Of a stretch of DNA of 64,000 nucleotides, positions 39,675 through 52,319 are shown piece by piece. The notes below the pieces were generated by a model, which saw nothing but the letters and a program-made list of their open reading frames with translations, was not told where the DNA came from and did not search any database. A program made the position numbers and the translations under genes. The stretch is from the human T2T-CHM13v2.0 reference genome, Homo sapiens, in assembly GCF_009914755.1 (NCBI RefSeq), contig NC_060936.1. One strand, 5' to 3'. The stretch's first letter is position 1, and each line of letters begins with the position of its first letter.

Positions 39675-42600
39675 CTGTAACCTGCTGTTTACAGCAACTG
39701 TCAGCAATCCCCCCCTCAACCCCCCTACTTCTAGCCAGAGCCCAGGCACCTGCCTTGAGCCCTTCTTAGGCAAATATATGTAAATGTAGGACCCTCAGTT
39801 CTCCCTCCCTGAATTTCTTTAGGGAAAGCAACAACCATCCCTGTAAGCCATAGGTATTCATGGGGAGGAAGGAGAGGGCTAGTTGTCTGAGAGGGAAACT
39901 GCCAAAGGCTGCAGACTAGGAAATGGGATTCCAGGTTTAAGATAGCTCCTTTCTGGACCTCAGTCCTTCACCTAGTCACCTAGTCACAGGGTGGATTGTC
40001 TCTAAGGATACTTAGGGGAAAAGGAACCAAATTCGGGAGGGTCCTCCTTGCTTTAAGCCTTGATGGGAGAGGGGGAGGCCAACCCTTCTCTGCAGACTGG
40101 GATCCTCACCAGACAGAGGAGCTCCAAACCTGCCCATCTCATCCCATGCACCGACGGTGCCTGGCCTGGCTCCAAACTCCCAAAAGGAACTATTTTACAG
40201 GGACCAAAAAGGGGACACTGGTGATAATAATAATAAAAAAAAAAATGAAACAATCTGATTGCGGCATTACTGGATCAGAAAATGTGTGACCTTTTTAAAG
40301 TTAAATTGTTAAAAATTTTTAACTATTAAACATTTTAAATATTAAGCCTGATCTGTTTGGTAGCCCTGGAGCAGGGCTGAGGCATAGAGAGAAACCTTTC
40401 CTTCAGCCAGGTTGTCTGTCTCGCACTGATTTATTTTTGTTTTATTTGTGGATTTCTTAATGGACCCAATGGTGGTTCCTCTTTGCACCCCTCGGATTGA
40501 CAGGCAATTCCTTCCTAGCCCAGGTCTCAGCTCTGGTTTAGTTTTCATAACTTGGGGGTCCAGGGAGCCAGGAGACTGGAGATAGAAAGCAGAAGTGCAC
40601 TGGGGTGGTGGGTCTGCCTTGGCTTACCCCCAAATTTCCAGATTCCAGGTGCCTTGCTCCAGTACCCGCCCCATCCTAGGCTCAGGATGCTCTCCCACCC
40701 TACTAACCACCGGTCCGGTCAAAGCCCAAGCTGCTGCCAGCCGCCATGTTATCTCCCAGCCTGGCTAGGGTGCCTGCTAGCCTGCAGTGGCTATGGTGGT
40801 GTGCAGAGGGAGGGTGAGTTTTTATATTGACTGCCATTCCGTTTACCTCAAGAAGTATGTTTGGGCAACCATTCTGTGCCAGACAGCAGACAGAGTCCCT
40901 GCACTGCAGGAATTCCTAGTCCCGTGGGCAGGGGTGTGTGGAGGGTGGCACATGGTGGTTAGCCTGGTCCAAGGGTCTCCACTCCCTTCCTAGCATCCTA
41001 GAGATCCTGGAGGCCAGGTTGGCCACGGAGACTGAGTTCAGGATAATTCCTTCACACATTCAACGAAGTTATCTGTAACTCCCTGTTTAAAAACAACAAC
41101 AACAACAACAAAAAAAAACCACAAAAACTGGCAGTCGTGGGAGGTATTTCCCCACTGGGCTGGTTGGCAGCAGGGGAAGAATTGGGGACCCCTGGCCCAG
41201 CGGTGCCTGGAAGGAGGCTGATGTAAGAGTGGTGTAGCTGTGAGTGGGAGAAGTGAGATCTAGTGGGGTAAGTCCACGTTCCCTGTTCCTAAACTCAAAT
41301 TCTCCCTGAAAAGACCCAGGGCAGCACTGTTAGGGAGCTGAAGGAGTCCCTCTGTGCCCAGAGGGAATTAGGCCACTCAGGCCTCAGAGAAGGAGGGCGG
41401 GTGGTGAGGACAACCTCCCCAAGCCCCCATCAGAGCAGGCCCAATACTTGCAAATTCACTCCTCAGTCCACTAGATTCTGGTCCCATCCTACATCCCCGC
41501 CAAGGCACAGGAGGCCCAGATAAAAACAAGCTTTATTTGGCCAAATTAACTCACTTTCCTGGATTACCTCACTTATCGGAAAGTGAAAGTACACCCCACG
41601 CTCCTCGCCCTGTCCCTGCCTAAACCTCTTTATCTCTGAAGCCCACTCTTTGAGACCTAAAAATTAGGGTTCAACAGAAACGCTCTAGGACTACAGGAGG
41701 GACACGACAGTCCCTATCCTACAGCGCACTAAAAGCCAAACTGAAGGCTGCTTCCTCGGTGGAGAGTGTCTCAGGGTGAGGTGGTGGGACTGTTCGCCGC
41801 TTCCCATTTTACAAGCTCCTTGTCCACAGCCGTCTGCGCCAGCCCCTCACAAAACCGGTTCTCGCCTTCTGGTGGGTGCTGGTGTTTACCCCTTTCCTCC
41901 CACTATCTGTTCAAACCCAGCCCACCCACCCTCCATTCACCTCCCCTCCTTAAGGCTCCCTGAGCTCTATTTACCCTTTTGTAACTCCATCCCTCCATAA
42001 GTACACAACTCTCCTAGCTGGTTTCCTAGAGGGCAGATACAGTGTTTCCAGTTGGCCCTCTGCAGATATCTGTGAACAAGTCTCTCCCATCCCCTACATA
42101 TAAAGATGTCTGTTCTAGACAAACGGGCCTAAGTCCCAACGTAAAAACATCACAAGATAATTACACCTTATATACATACAGATCTCTCTATAGAGTTATA
42201 TTTGAAAGTGTCTATAACTCTAGAGAGAGATTGCAGCATGCACATATAGGACTATAATTATTTATGTCTATTTTTATAACTATGTAGTTATAAATAGATA
42301 TGCCTATATATAGTGATAATAATATAGAAATATCTCCATAGCCATATATGGCTCTAAGTGAATGCTCTAACTACTCTATTTCACAATCAATAAGTATATA
42401 TCTCCTGATACATAATTCTAACAATATACGTTTTTATCTATATAGCTGTTCAGAGATATAAATCTGTCAGGATATCACATGTACATAAAGCCGGATGGCT
42501 GTAAGAGAGTCGTATATTTTCCCATATATAAATCTGCTCCTATAACTACTGTATATGCACAAATACAATGGAAATAATTATATTTCCCTCAAACATAAAT

Positions 42601-42879
42601 CTGTAAATACAACCACAGCACATTTAGGTACGGTTAGACATAGAGCAATATTTCCTAGACATCAGTCTGTCAATAGAGCCACCAGTGCCTCCAAACAGAG
42701 AGTTATAGAGGGAGTTATAAATAAACTCTCCAGATGGGAACCGGTCAGTAGAACTAGATGTAAACATGACTCCAAGCTGTTCTTTCTTCTTCTTCTTCTT
42801 CTTCTTTGTAAGATATTCCTGAAGCAAGCCCAGTCATATAACAGGGTGCAGAGGTGTCTGGGTACTGGTATTTTTCCCC

Positions 42880-43370
42880 CCAGGAGGGTCGGATGTCGCT
42901 GGACTTTGGGAAACCGAGCAGGAGTAGATAGGGGACAGTGCCCGCTCCCAACGCAGCCCAGAAGTCCCTTCCTTCTGTCTCCTGGTGGCTGAGAGCTCGG
43001 GCAAGTGGAGAGGCCTAAGGGAGAAAAATGAAAAAGCAGAGTCTGGCTTGAGTCGTTTGGCCCTTCGGCCTAAAACCCTCTCAACAGGGAAGCCCCGACC
43101 AGGCGTCGGAGCGGAGAGAGCCCACGAGGCCCAGAGGCTGGGGGAAAGGGGCTGCAGGCCAGGCTGCGGAGGCCGAGCGGAGTCCCCAGCCGGTGCCTGA
43201 TCGCCCGGCGCCCCATCGCCCGGGGCCGCTGCCTCGCCGGCGGCCTGGAACACAAAACCTGGGCCCTAGCCCTGCACCCTGCGCTCAGCGCTTCCACCGG
43301 TCTTATTTTATTGCTGTTTTGTCCGATTAGGTATCGCAGCGTCCTCCACCCGGTGTTGTTCTCAAATGCG
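42880..43370. other. CpG island
   Basis: Dense CpG/GC by inspection. Confidence 0.7.
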
Positions 43371-43391
43371 AAGGAACCCAGGGCTTTCTGA

Positions 43392-43429
<38 letters not shown>

Positions 43430-44564
43430 GCTTTAAATAAGTGACTCACTGGATAGTGTATTTCTCTTTTCAGACCAAATGGGTCACCGGCTACTGAAAA
43501 AGAATCCAGACCTCTGAAAGGGTTTGTGACAAATTTTTTAGAAGTTCTCACGCTCATCTGTTATGATGATTTTCTTTTCTTTTTTCTCTTTTAAAAAAGT
43601 TGGCTAATTTGTGTTTCTATATTCCTCTTTAATTTTATTTTTATTGGGGGTACAATTGTTTTTAAAGGAGGGATTTCGTTAGACCCGAAACTGTGGGGTG
43701 GCTTCCTCTCTAGCAAACTTACTATCTCTACCCCTGTGATTCCCATCTCCCCCAAGAAAACAAACTAATTAAATGACCAGAAAACTGTACCTGGAGAGAA
43801 TGAGGTAGATGTTGCCGGATCCGGGACCGCGGTCTTTGCTTGCTTCATGAAAAATCGGCTAGTCTCCAAACTCGCGAAGGAAAATTCAAGGCGCCTCAAC
43901 TCCTCCTTCTAAATTTTTTAATAAAGAGCCTAGAAAGGGAACTTTCCCTGGGCCTGCCGAAGCCCCAGCCTGGCTCTCCCAACTCCCCAGCGGCCATAAG
44001 TGTTTTTCTGCTTCCGTTCGGGCCCCCAGTCTTCCCGTCTTCCCGGGCATCTCTGAGCTCTTGCCGGATCAAGGCTGTGGTCATCGCCTCATTCATCTCT
44101 GCCCCTTGGCCTGAGCCTGCACATTTGGCCTCCTTCTTAAAACAGGGGCTCCTAGAGAGTCCCAAAAGCCATTAACCATCCCCATATGTGGGATCCCTTC
44201 CCTGATCACACAAAGCAGAAGCCTGAGAAAAAAAGCAATAAAGAGTGGCCTCCTGGCCCTCCTTCCCCTCTTCTGTCCCTTGTCTGGGAAAGGGGTTCCC
44301 AACCCCAGCCCCGCCAAGAGCATATTAAGAAGCTTTCTTCCTCCCTTCCTTTCCTATCTCCCCCTCAGATGCTGTGATCCTGACTCCTTCTTCTGTCTCC
44401 ACCTCAAAATATTTCCTCTTGCATTTTATTGTTATTCTGTTATGGAGGGACTGTTAACTACTGTTTTATTATTATTATTCATTATTTATTGTTATTATGA
44501 TTGTTGTTAGAGATTTGTTCACCACCGTTCAGGGGACAGCAGCCTGGCCCAGGGGGAAGCCTGC

Positions 44565-44577
44565 CTCTCTCTCTCTG

Positions 44578-44633
<56 letters not shown>
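44565..44633. repeat. (CT)n(CA)n compound microsatellite
   Basis: Direct reading. Confidence 0.95.
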
Positions 44634-44636
<3 letters not shown>

Positions 44637-46135
44637 AACACAGTGCACACTCACGCATATATGCTCACAAATGCCTGCTGTGTTCAGGCCCCTGCACAGC
44701 AATCCGAAGAGGCAGGCATCCTACCCCAGCACCCAAACAACACACTGCCCATGCACACCAGCATTCAGGCAGAACACCACCCCCAGACCAACGCCAAAAC
44801 CCACACGCACCGAGCTTGCAAGGAAAGGAAAATACGTAAAGAATCCCTTCTCTCCCACAACCTGGAGGGGCGAGTCAGGCCTCTGTCTCTTCCCCCCAGT
44901 CGCTTTCGCTTTCTCTTTTTTTTTTCTCCTTGTTTACAGCTTCAGAGAGCTCAAGGCCCATAAATCTTGAGGGGCCTACAGAGCGCAGAGCACATTTGTA
45001 TGCATCGTTAGGACTCGCTAATACCTAAGCCCATTAAGGAGCGTGTATGCGCGTGGTTTCCGGTGTGTATTAACTTATAGTTAAATTCTGGAGGAAAGGG
45101 CATTGTGAATTAACATATACCAAATCCATCATGGGCTTTTGTCATATCAGATTAGTCAGTCATGGGTTTGGGGGAGCAACTTGCCTGGGTCGGGGTGTAC
45201 CCACCCTTCAAACTTTGTGGAGCAGGCCCGGGGGTCTTGGGAAACACGAAGGCATTCCTATCCAGCCCCAGTCATTCGGATCCCCCAGGCCTAGCGGCTG
45301 CACACCTGCGAGATGGCGGAGGGACTGCAGACCCGGGTGCGGGAGACCAGCGCCGGCGAAGACAGGCGGGCGAGGGAGGCCCCTCCAGCGTCCTGCTGGG
45401 GTTGAGTTGGGGCGGCTCGTCCCGTGGCCGCTGGGTCGTCTGGTTTCCGCTTTCCGAAAGAAATGAGAGGAGAGGCAAGTGGAGTCGCTGAACTTTAATT
45501 AAACCGTAGAGAAGACAGTGGGGGGAGGGGAAAAAAAACGATCGGAGAAGGAGGAGAAGGCGGCCGAGAGATCGAGGAAAGGAAGTCCTGGCGGCTCGGG
45601 GGAACTTGGAGATCTCTCCAAGGGGCTGAAAGCTGGAAGTTGTATGAAGGTGTTCCTTTTCCACACCCCAGCTACTCCGCCCCAGTCGAAGAGGCTAATT
45701 CTGGCCCTCTTATAAAAAAAAAGAAAGAAAAGGTAAAGAAAAAGAAAATCTAATTATGTGGCATGTTTCAGCCAGGTGTTCCTGGTTCCAATGACTCAGA
45801 CCCTATTGGAGCCCCGAGGATCTGGATAATTGGGCCTGCATAGACAGAGATGAAGGATGCCATTTCTAAAAGGAGGAAGGGGAAAGGAAAGTCCATCTCT
45901 TGGGGTCTTGTAGAAAATGCCAAAGACCAAACGAGCTAAATTATTGTGTCCGTGTAGATCTATTTGCCTATTTACATACAGCAGGCTGTGTGGGTGGGGG
46001 GTGAGGGAAGGCAAGGAATCAACGACCAGGATGGAGCGGGCTGGCAGTAGAGAAAATGAGCCCCCCGCCCTTTGCGGGAACAGCCAAGGGGCCTCCTCAG
46101 CTCGCAGCTCAGGCGGCCGTGCGGCGGGCCGGTCC

Positions 46136-46178
46136 GGGGCCGGGGGCCGGGGCCGGGGCCGGGGCCGGGGCCGGGGCC
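46136..46178 (+). repeat. (GGGGCC)n hexanucleotide repeat: 6 contiguous units plus one upstream unit
   Basis: GGGGCC 46136-46141, extra G, then (GGGGCC)6 at 46143-46178. Confidence 0.95.
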
Positions 46179-46350
46179 GGGCTTGGGGAGGGGAGGCGGG
46201 GGCGGGAGGGGAGGCGGAGGCGGGCCCTCCCCTGGCGCTGTGAACTTTAGCTGGGCCGCCGCCTGTCAGCCCCAGAAAGCGTTAAAGGTGCAGCAGCTCG
46301 CGCCAGCCTCCGCAGCCGCCTTTGTACGCGTGATTTATGACTTCAATCTT

Positions 46351-46367
46351 GGTTCACCGAGAGTTCA
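46351..46367 (+). promoter_or_regulatory. Orphan DR5 RARE about 27 kb 3' of HOXC4
   Basis: GGTTCA ccgag AGTTCA, one spacer base from the RARB/Hoxa1 element GGTTCAccgaaAGTTCA; PBX-HOX site TGATTTATGA at 46331-46340. Confidence 0.8.
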
Positions 46368-46863
46368 CACGGCTTTCGCTGCTGTTGAAGGTTAAAAGAT
46401 GGTCTTCGCTTGACAAGTGGGACTATTGAAAATTCCTTCTTCTTTTTTTTTATTTTATTTTAGAAGCGAAGAGCAGAGGCTCAGGAGAGAAAAAAATTGG
46501 GGTGGGGGGCGGGAGACAGGGGTTGCAGGTGGGCCAAAATGGTAGGTCAGGAAGGTTTGTCTTCCTATATTTGGGATTTTTTGTTGCTAGGATTTGTGTG
46601 CGTGTTGGGGAGAGGGTAGAGAATAAGAGGGAGCTAGGCAAGAGATGTAAAGATCTCTCATATTTAGAGGCCAAAGGAGTGGGAAAAAAAAAAAACAACT
46701 CGTGCTTCCACCGTTAATTATCTGGGTAACTTGGGTCACACCCCCTAACTGATCCTCCTCTAGAGACCGGAAATGGGCCAGGTAAGGGAGAGAGTTTGGG
46801 TAAAGGGTAAGGTTTGTGTGCTTCTCACTGGGTGTACTTGATCATCCACCTTACTTGGGTAAC

Positions 46864-46866
<3 letters not shown>

Positions 46867-46897
<31 letters not shown>

Positions 46898-47043
46898 GAA
46901 ATGGGGTCCAGCTCTGTTTCCCAGGCTGGAGTGTTGTGGCACCATCATAGTTCACTGAAGCCTCAAACTCCTGGGCTCAAGTAGTCCTCCCACCTTAGCC
47001 TCTTAAGTATGTGAGACTGCAGGCATGTGCCACACCCCCAGGC
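46867..47043 (-). mobile_element. Alu monomer (FLAM/AluJ-like)
   Basis: T-run then diverged monomer; TSD-like tgggtaactacttt / tgggtagctgcttt. Confidence 0.8.
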
Positions 47044-50000
47044 TGGGTAGCTGCTTTTCAATGTGCTTCTGCACCCACAGATTTGGACAAGGGTATTTTT
47101 AGGCAGCAGTCTTTCAACTCTCTTCATCCTGAAGGTTTAGCCTGCCATTTACATTTGATGCACATGAAGAGGCTAATGGGAAGGAAATCTATAGAACTGG
47201 AATTGGAAGTCCTTTCGAATCCCAAATCCCCTTGGTCTAAGAGCCAGTCTCTCTTCTTTCTAGCATTTTGAAAAAGGTCGTGCCACAGCAGAGATGGTGG
47301 TTAAAGATCTCCTAAAGACCAGAATCTAAGGCCCCTTTGTGATCTAAGGCTCTGAGTACTTGGAGAGACAAAACTCACTCCTTCTTTGTAGATTCAGAGA
47401 GACAGAGAGAGAGAGAGAGAGAGGGAATGAGGAGATACCTTGAAGCTGAGGGTCTGCTTGGTTCTTCGAGGTTTTTTTAAGATATGTTTTTAAAAATTTT
47501 TCTGGAGTGGGAATTTGGGATTGTGTGCACTGGGAAGGGGAACAGCAGAGAGCTGGGTCTGGAGTTGGGTGTGCCTCCCTGGCCCTATTTAGGCCCCATC
47601 TCCATGATCGATGCTAGGTAAATGTCTTCTTAAGAAATAGAGCCAGCCCCTCAAATCCAGATCTGGGAACCAAAGGCATGCACGCTAGAAGGGGCACTCC
47701 CTGCTTCTCTTTCTACATAGCGTTGGAGAGGTATTTTCCCACTGTGTGAGGACTTAGATAAGAGAAGGAGAAGAGCCAGAAAGATGTCCACATCTCGCCG
47801 GGACAGCTAGCACCAGGCCCTCCTACAGGGGACCTCGTATGTAAATAGCAGAATGGGGAGCAGAGAACAGAGAGACCCCAGAAATCCAGAGTCCAGGCTC
47901 TGAGGTCACTTTGGCAGGAATGGTCCTCTGGCCTTATGAAGAACAGAGGGGCAATATGGCACTGTTTAGAAGCTCAGGGGGTGGTAGCTGTTAGGAGAAA
48001 TCAGCCAAGGAAGCTAATGGATCTCTTCCAGGTTCTGGTTGGGAAGCAGAGGAATGAACTTAATGGCCTCTGGAAGTAATGTCTGTACTGAAGTCCCCTT
48101 CCTACCCTTTCTGACTGTGTTCCTCCCTGGGAAATAATTCCAGTGGGCTTGTGCTTATCTGCAAGTCTGGGGTAATTATGAATTATTAATTCATCATTAA
48201 GACTTGATTGTGACCGTTGCTCTCCAGTGGACCCATTTATCTCCTTCTTTATGAGGCAGAGGGCGGTCTCTGTTAGCCCTTGGCTTCTGTAACAGGCAAA
48301 CTGAGGCCAACCCCTCTTGAAGGCAGTCCTTGAACTCTGCCCTAGGTGGGATGGTTGCCTCATTACCAGTCAAGTCATGTTGCACCTCAGAGTATTTGTG
48401 CGATACAGCCACCTCCCACAAACTTCAGATTTCAAAGTGCTTTGTAGGCTCCTGGAGAGATAGAGTAGGGGATTGGGAGTGAGACTCCAACAGGGGAAGA
48501 AACTTGGCCAAGCTGTGTGTGGAGACAGGAATTAAGGCGAGGTGGGAGGACACCCAGGCACAGTATCTAAGCAATCTGGGATCAGGAATGGGCATTTTGC
48601 CTTCCTTACCCTAAGGAGATGCTAGTCTCCCTCAACTCTCTGGGGACCCCTGAACACACATCTGGCCCCTTTTCCTGACCTCTCTTTCCCCCACCAGCCT
48701 CTCAATCGAGAGGCACAGGTTTCAAGACACATCATCCCCTCCAATGGTTAGGGGTGGGAAAGTCAGATCTGCCAGTTGTTTCACATCTGTAAGAGGCCTG
48801 GAGAGGGAGAAAATTGCTCCTATCCCATGAGGTAATTCCCATCTAAATCCCTGCTATAAGCTCACCTCCCCCAGCACTGAAACAATTCTCTTCATCCTTT
48901 TTTCCCCCTCTTCTTCCCTCTGGAACTACAGGCAGGGAGATTGAGGGCAGGAGAGGCAGCTCCCAACAGCTGTACCTAGAGGAAGAGACAGAAATAGGAA
49001 ATGAGGGGAGAGTGGCTTAAACCTGTTATTTCCCACAAGTTTTATCTCCATTATTCAAACCCAGGTCAATACCCTGAAACCAGGGCCATGGGAAGCCCTC
49101 TCTCCTTGTTTCCCCAACTCTCTCTCTCTCACAGAAAAGGAGCCCTGCGTCCCTCCCTGAGGCCAAGGGGCTGCTCTGAAAACTGCTCTAAGAACACTAC
49201 CACTTTCTACAGGACACCTGAGGGCCCAGCCCCCATGGATCTCTCAGTGCCTGTCTGGTCCAGAGGGAGCCAGTGGCTCTTGCCAGCACATCACCATTTT
49301 GTGCTCCACGAGGGGGTGGTCCATGGAGTCATCTCATCTTTCAGCCCAGACCTCACTCACTCTTTCTCCAAGCCACGCCAACATTCCTTGGTCTCTCCCA
49401 AGCCAGGAGGCAGGTAGGAAGCCCATCCAGAGGGTCCCCTGGAACTGGCTAATATAGTTTAATTTACTGTTTGGTGGTCAATAAAGAGAACTTGGGAAAA
49501 AAGGGAAGGAGCAACTGTGCCTAGCGTCCTTCTCAGCCACCCCTCCCCTGGACATTGGCTTTCTCCATGAAACAGTGGACTGTTGTTCTTGGACAACCAT
49601 TCCCCACCATCTTCTTTGGAAGGGCTTGAGTTTCACCCTCCGTTCACCCCCATTAATCACCCCAGCAGCTAAACATCACCCAGCCCCCTCTGGCCCTTTC
49701 TCTTCTTGCCCTTAGTATTCATGGCGGAGCATTCCTCACTGCTGCACGCTCACAAAGACCCCTCCTCTGACACGAGGTCCCTCCCACTCCCCAACCACCC
49801 AGTCCACGATGGGCACTGCTCACTGTTCTGGATGTTCCAACTGCTGGCGCCCACTCCTGGACCCCGTTCCCCCACTCCCCAGCTATCTCCATAGCCACTG
49901 CCCCCTTCCCATGCACGTGTCGGCTTACCACGCCCTCCTTCAGGTACCTCCTCTTAGCCCCACAAACCCTCTTCAGTCTTTCCCAGCCACCATTCTGCCC

Positions 50001-50514
50001 TCCATGCCCTATGCATGTGTAGCCCCTGTCTGCTTCCCTATACTTCTCCTTGCTTCTCTCTTCTTTCCCTCCCCAAGACATTCCGTAGGCACTTCATATG
50101 GTGGACCTGAAGCCCTTCCCTTCTGGCCTTGAGAAACTGAGAGGCAGTGTACCACAGTGGTTAAAAGCATGGGTTTGTGATTCAAGTCCCTGATCTGACA
50201 CTTGCTAGTTGTACAAACTTGGGCAAATTACTTAACCTCTCTGAGCCATCCATAAAATAGACATACCCGCTGACCTTATAGAGTTGTTCTGTAGATCAGA
50301 TTGAATTTTATTTGCATAGATCCGAGCATTCAGCAGGGGCTTGATAAGTGGTAGTTATTGTGTTACAAGCTTCTTGTGAAGAAAGAGAGATGTTCTTCAG
50401 ATTCCAAAAAGTGAAGGAATTGCCTCCTCCAGCACCAGAGAGGGAGGGATAAAAATTACACAGTCTTGCAGATAAGCAGGGCCCATTTACCGGGCACTGA
50501 TACTCTTCTATTAG

Positions 50515-51010
50515 CTCTAGAGGGTCTCAACTTTCGCTGCACACTGGAATCCCCAGCGAGTTTTTCTGTTTGTTCGTTTTTGTTTTTGAGATGGTGTCTT
50601 GCTCTTGTCGCCCAGGCTAGAGTGCGGTGGCACATCTCGGCTCACTACATACAACCTCTGCCTCCTGGGTTCAAGCAATTATCCCTGCCTCAGCCTCGCG
50701 AGTAGCTGGGATTACAGGTGCTTGCCACCATGCCTGGCTAATTTTTGTATTTTTAATACAGACGGGGTTTCACCATGTTTGCCAGGCTGGTCTCGAACTC
50801 CTCACCTCAGGTAATCCACCCGCCTCGGCCTCCCAACATGCTGGGATTACAGGTGTGAGCCACCATGCCCCGCCACAAGTTTTTTAAAATACTGATGCCT
50901 GGGTCCCACCTCCAGAGATTCCAATTTGGTTGGCCTGTAGTAGGGCCTGGGCATCTGGATTTTTAAAACTCCCCAGGTTGCTAATGTGTAGCCAGAGGTT
51001 GAGATGCAGG
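50515..51010. mobile_element. MER5A-like DNA transposon interrupted by an Alu
   Basis: gtctcaactttcgctgcacactggaatc ... aaaatactgatgcctgggtcccacctccagagattcc...ggcctgggcatctggatttttaaaactccccaggt. Confidence 0.75.
50561..50874 (-). mobile_element. Alu (AluS-like)
   Basis: Full Alu body. Confidence 0.93.
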
Positions 51011-52319
51011 CCCTAGAAAATGATACAAGAGATAAGGGGAGGGCTGACACTTCTGCCAGAGCAAGGGAGGGGAGGGATACTCAGCTGAGAGCTGCTTCTC
51101 AACCTTGGACATCCCCTCACCAGTGGCACTGCTTCAGTTGGGGAAGTTTTCACTTAGAATTAGCTTCTCTTGAGATCCCAGAATTTCAGACTCTCACCCT
51201 TTTCATTTCCTATAACTATTAGAATTTACAAAGGGGCCACCCCAAGAGGAGACAGAGGAATCGACAGATTGACCTCTAAGAGGCTCATCTCTTATCAGAA
51301 AAGCATATGGTCCCCAGACCACCAGTGATAGAAGCAGAGGCAGATACCTCCAGTAGTGGGAAAATTTGTAGTTACATAGTAAATGGAGTTTCTACCTGGT
51401 TGCTACAATAATAGGCCAAGCAATTAGGATACAAGTTTCCAGGATCTTTTCCTATATTTCCAAAAAGATAAATCACCCCTAGGAACAGAATCTGCATATT
51501 GTAATTAACTGATAAATATTTCATGCCTGGTTCAAACTTTCTCCTCTTCTATTTAATGGCCACAAACTTGAGCACAGAGGAAACAGGAGTGAGGAGAGTG
51601 GGGGTTGGCTGTAGGGGGGAGGTTCTACCTTGGCTTCAGGGAGGGAGAAACTGTCTTAGTTAATTATTTACTGTCCTCCTGTTCTTTTAAGAAAACATTG
51701 CTCACCTGGAGAAAATCAGGTCCCAGGTGGTAAAGGGTGTGACTTGGGCTTGTTGGCCTGAGCCCTGACCTCCCCCAGGAGAGGCCAGTTTTTGATGACC
51801 CTGGGGGTGCTGGGAACTGCAGGCTTTGGAGTCAAGGGCCCAGTGTTTAAACAAGAGCTCTGTTCTGTCACTTATTAACTGGATGGCTTTAGGTAATTTA
51901 CCTAATTTATGTGAAACTCAGTTTCTTCATCTGTAAAACAGACATAATTTTTACCTTGTAGGGTGGCCTATGCTCAGTTGGCTCTCAATGATTGATAACT
52001 ATTATTATCAACAGTAACAATGAATAATTAATAGCCCATTGGATTGTACCCTTTCCCTTCCTCAACCCTGCTCCAATGTGTAGGGCACCTAAACTATTGG
52101 ATGCTTACTGTGAGTACGGTGAATGCCTTAGCTCAATTAATCAACATAATTCTTTGAAGGGAATATCTTATCATCCCTACTTACCTGTGTTTTGCAAATG
52201 AGGGAACAGGGCGTGTAGAAGTTAAATACCTTGCCAGGTGTCACACAACTAAGTGGTTAAGAGCACAGGCTCTGCAGTCTGACTGTGTAGTTTCAAATTT
52301 GGGCTCTGCCACTTAATAA

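Larger units (their letters stand above)
45270..46400. other. CpG island containing the G4C2 tract and orphan RARE
   Basis: Dense CpG/GC by inspection, with an AT-richer interruption near 45.7-46.0 kb. Confidence 0.7.

Noticed and set aside
40308-40323. 16-bp palindrome GTTAAAAATTTTTAAC
   Set aside because: Low-complexity A/T runs; expected by chance
43788-43882. Faint resemblance to a Hox1 homeodomain end (YLERMR.. / VDVAGSGTAVFACFMKNRLVSKLAKE versus [31 protein letters not shown])
   Set aside because: Needs a frameshift and three gaps, lacks the invariant Trp; probably chance. A frameshift-aware homeodomain HMM search would settle it
42400-45390. Minus-strand lncRNA I recall being annotated around here
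   Set aside because: Exons and ends cannot be supported from the sequence alone
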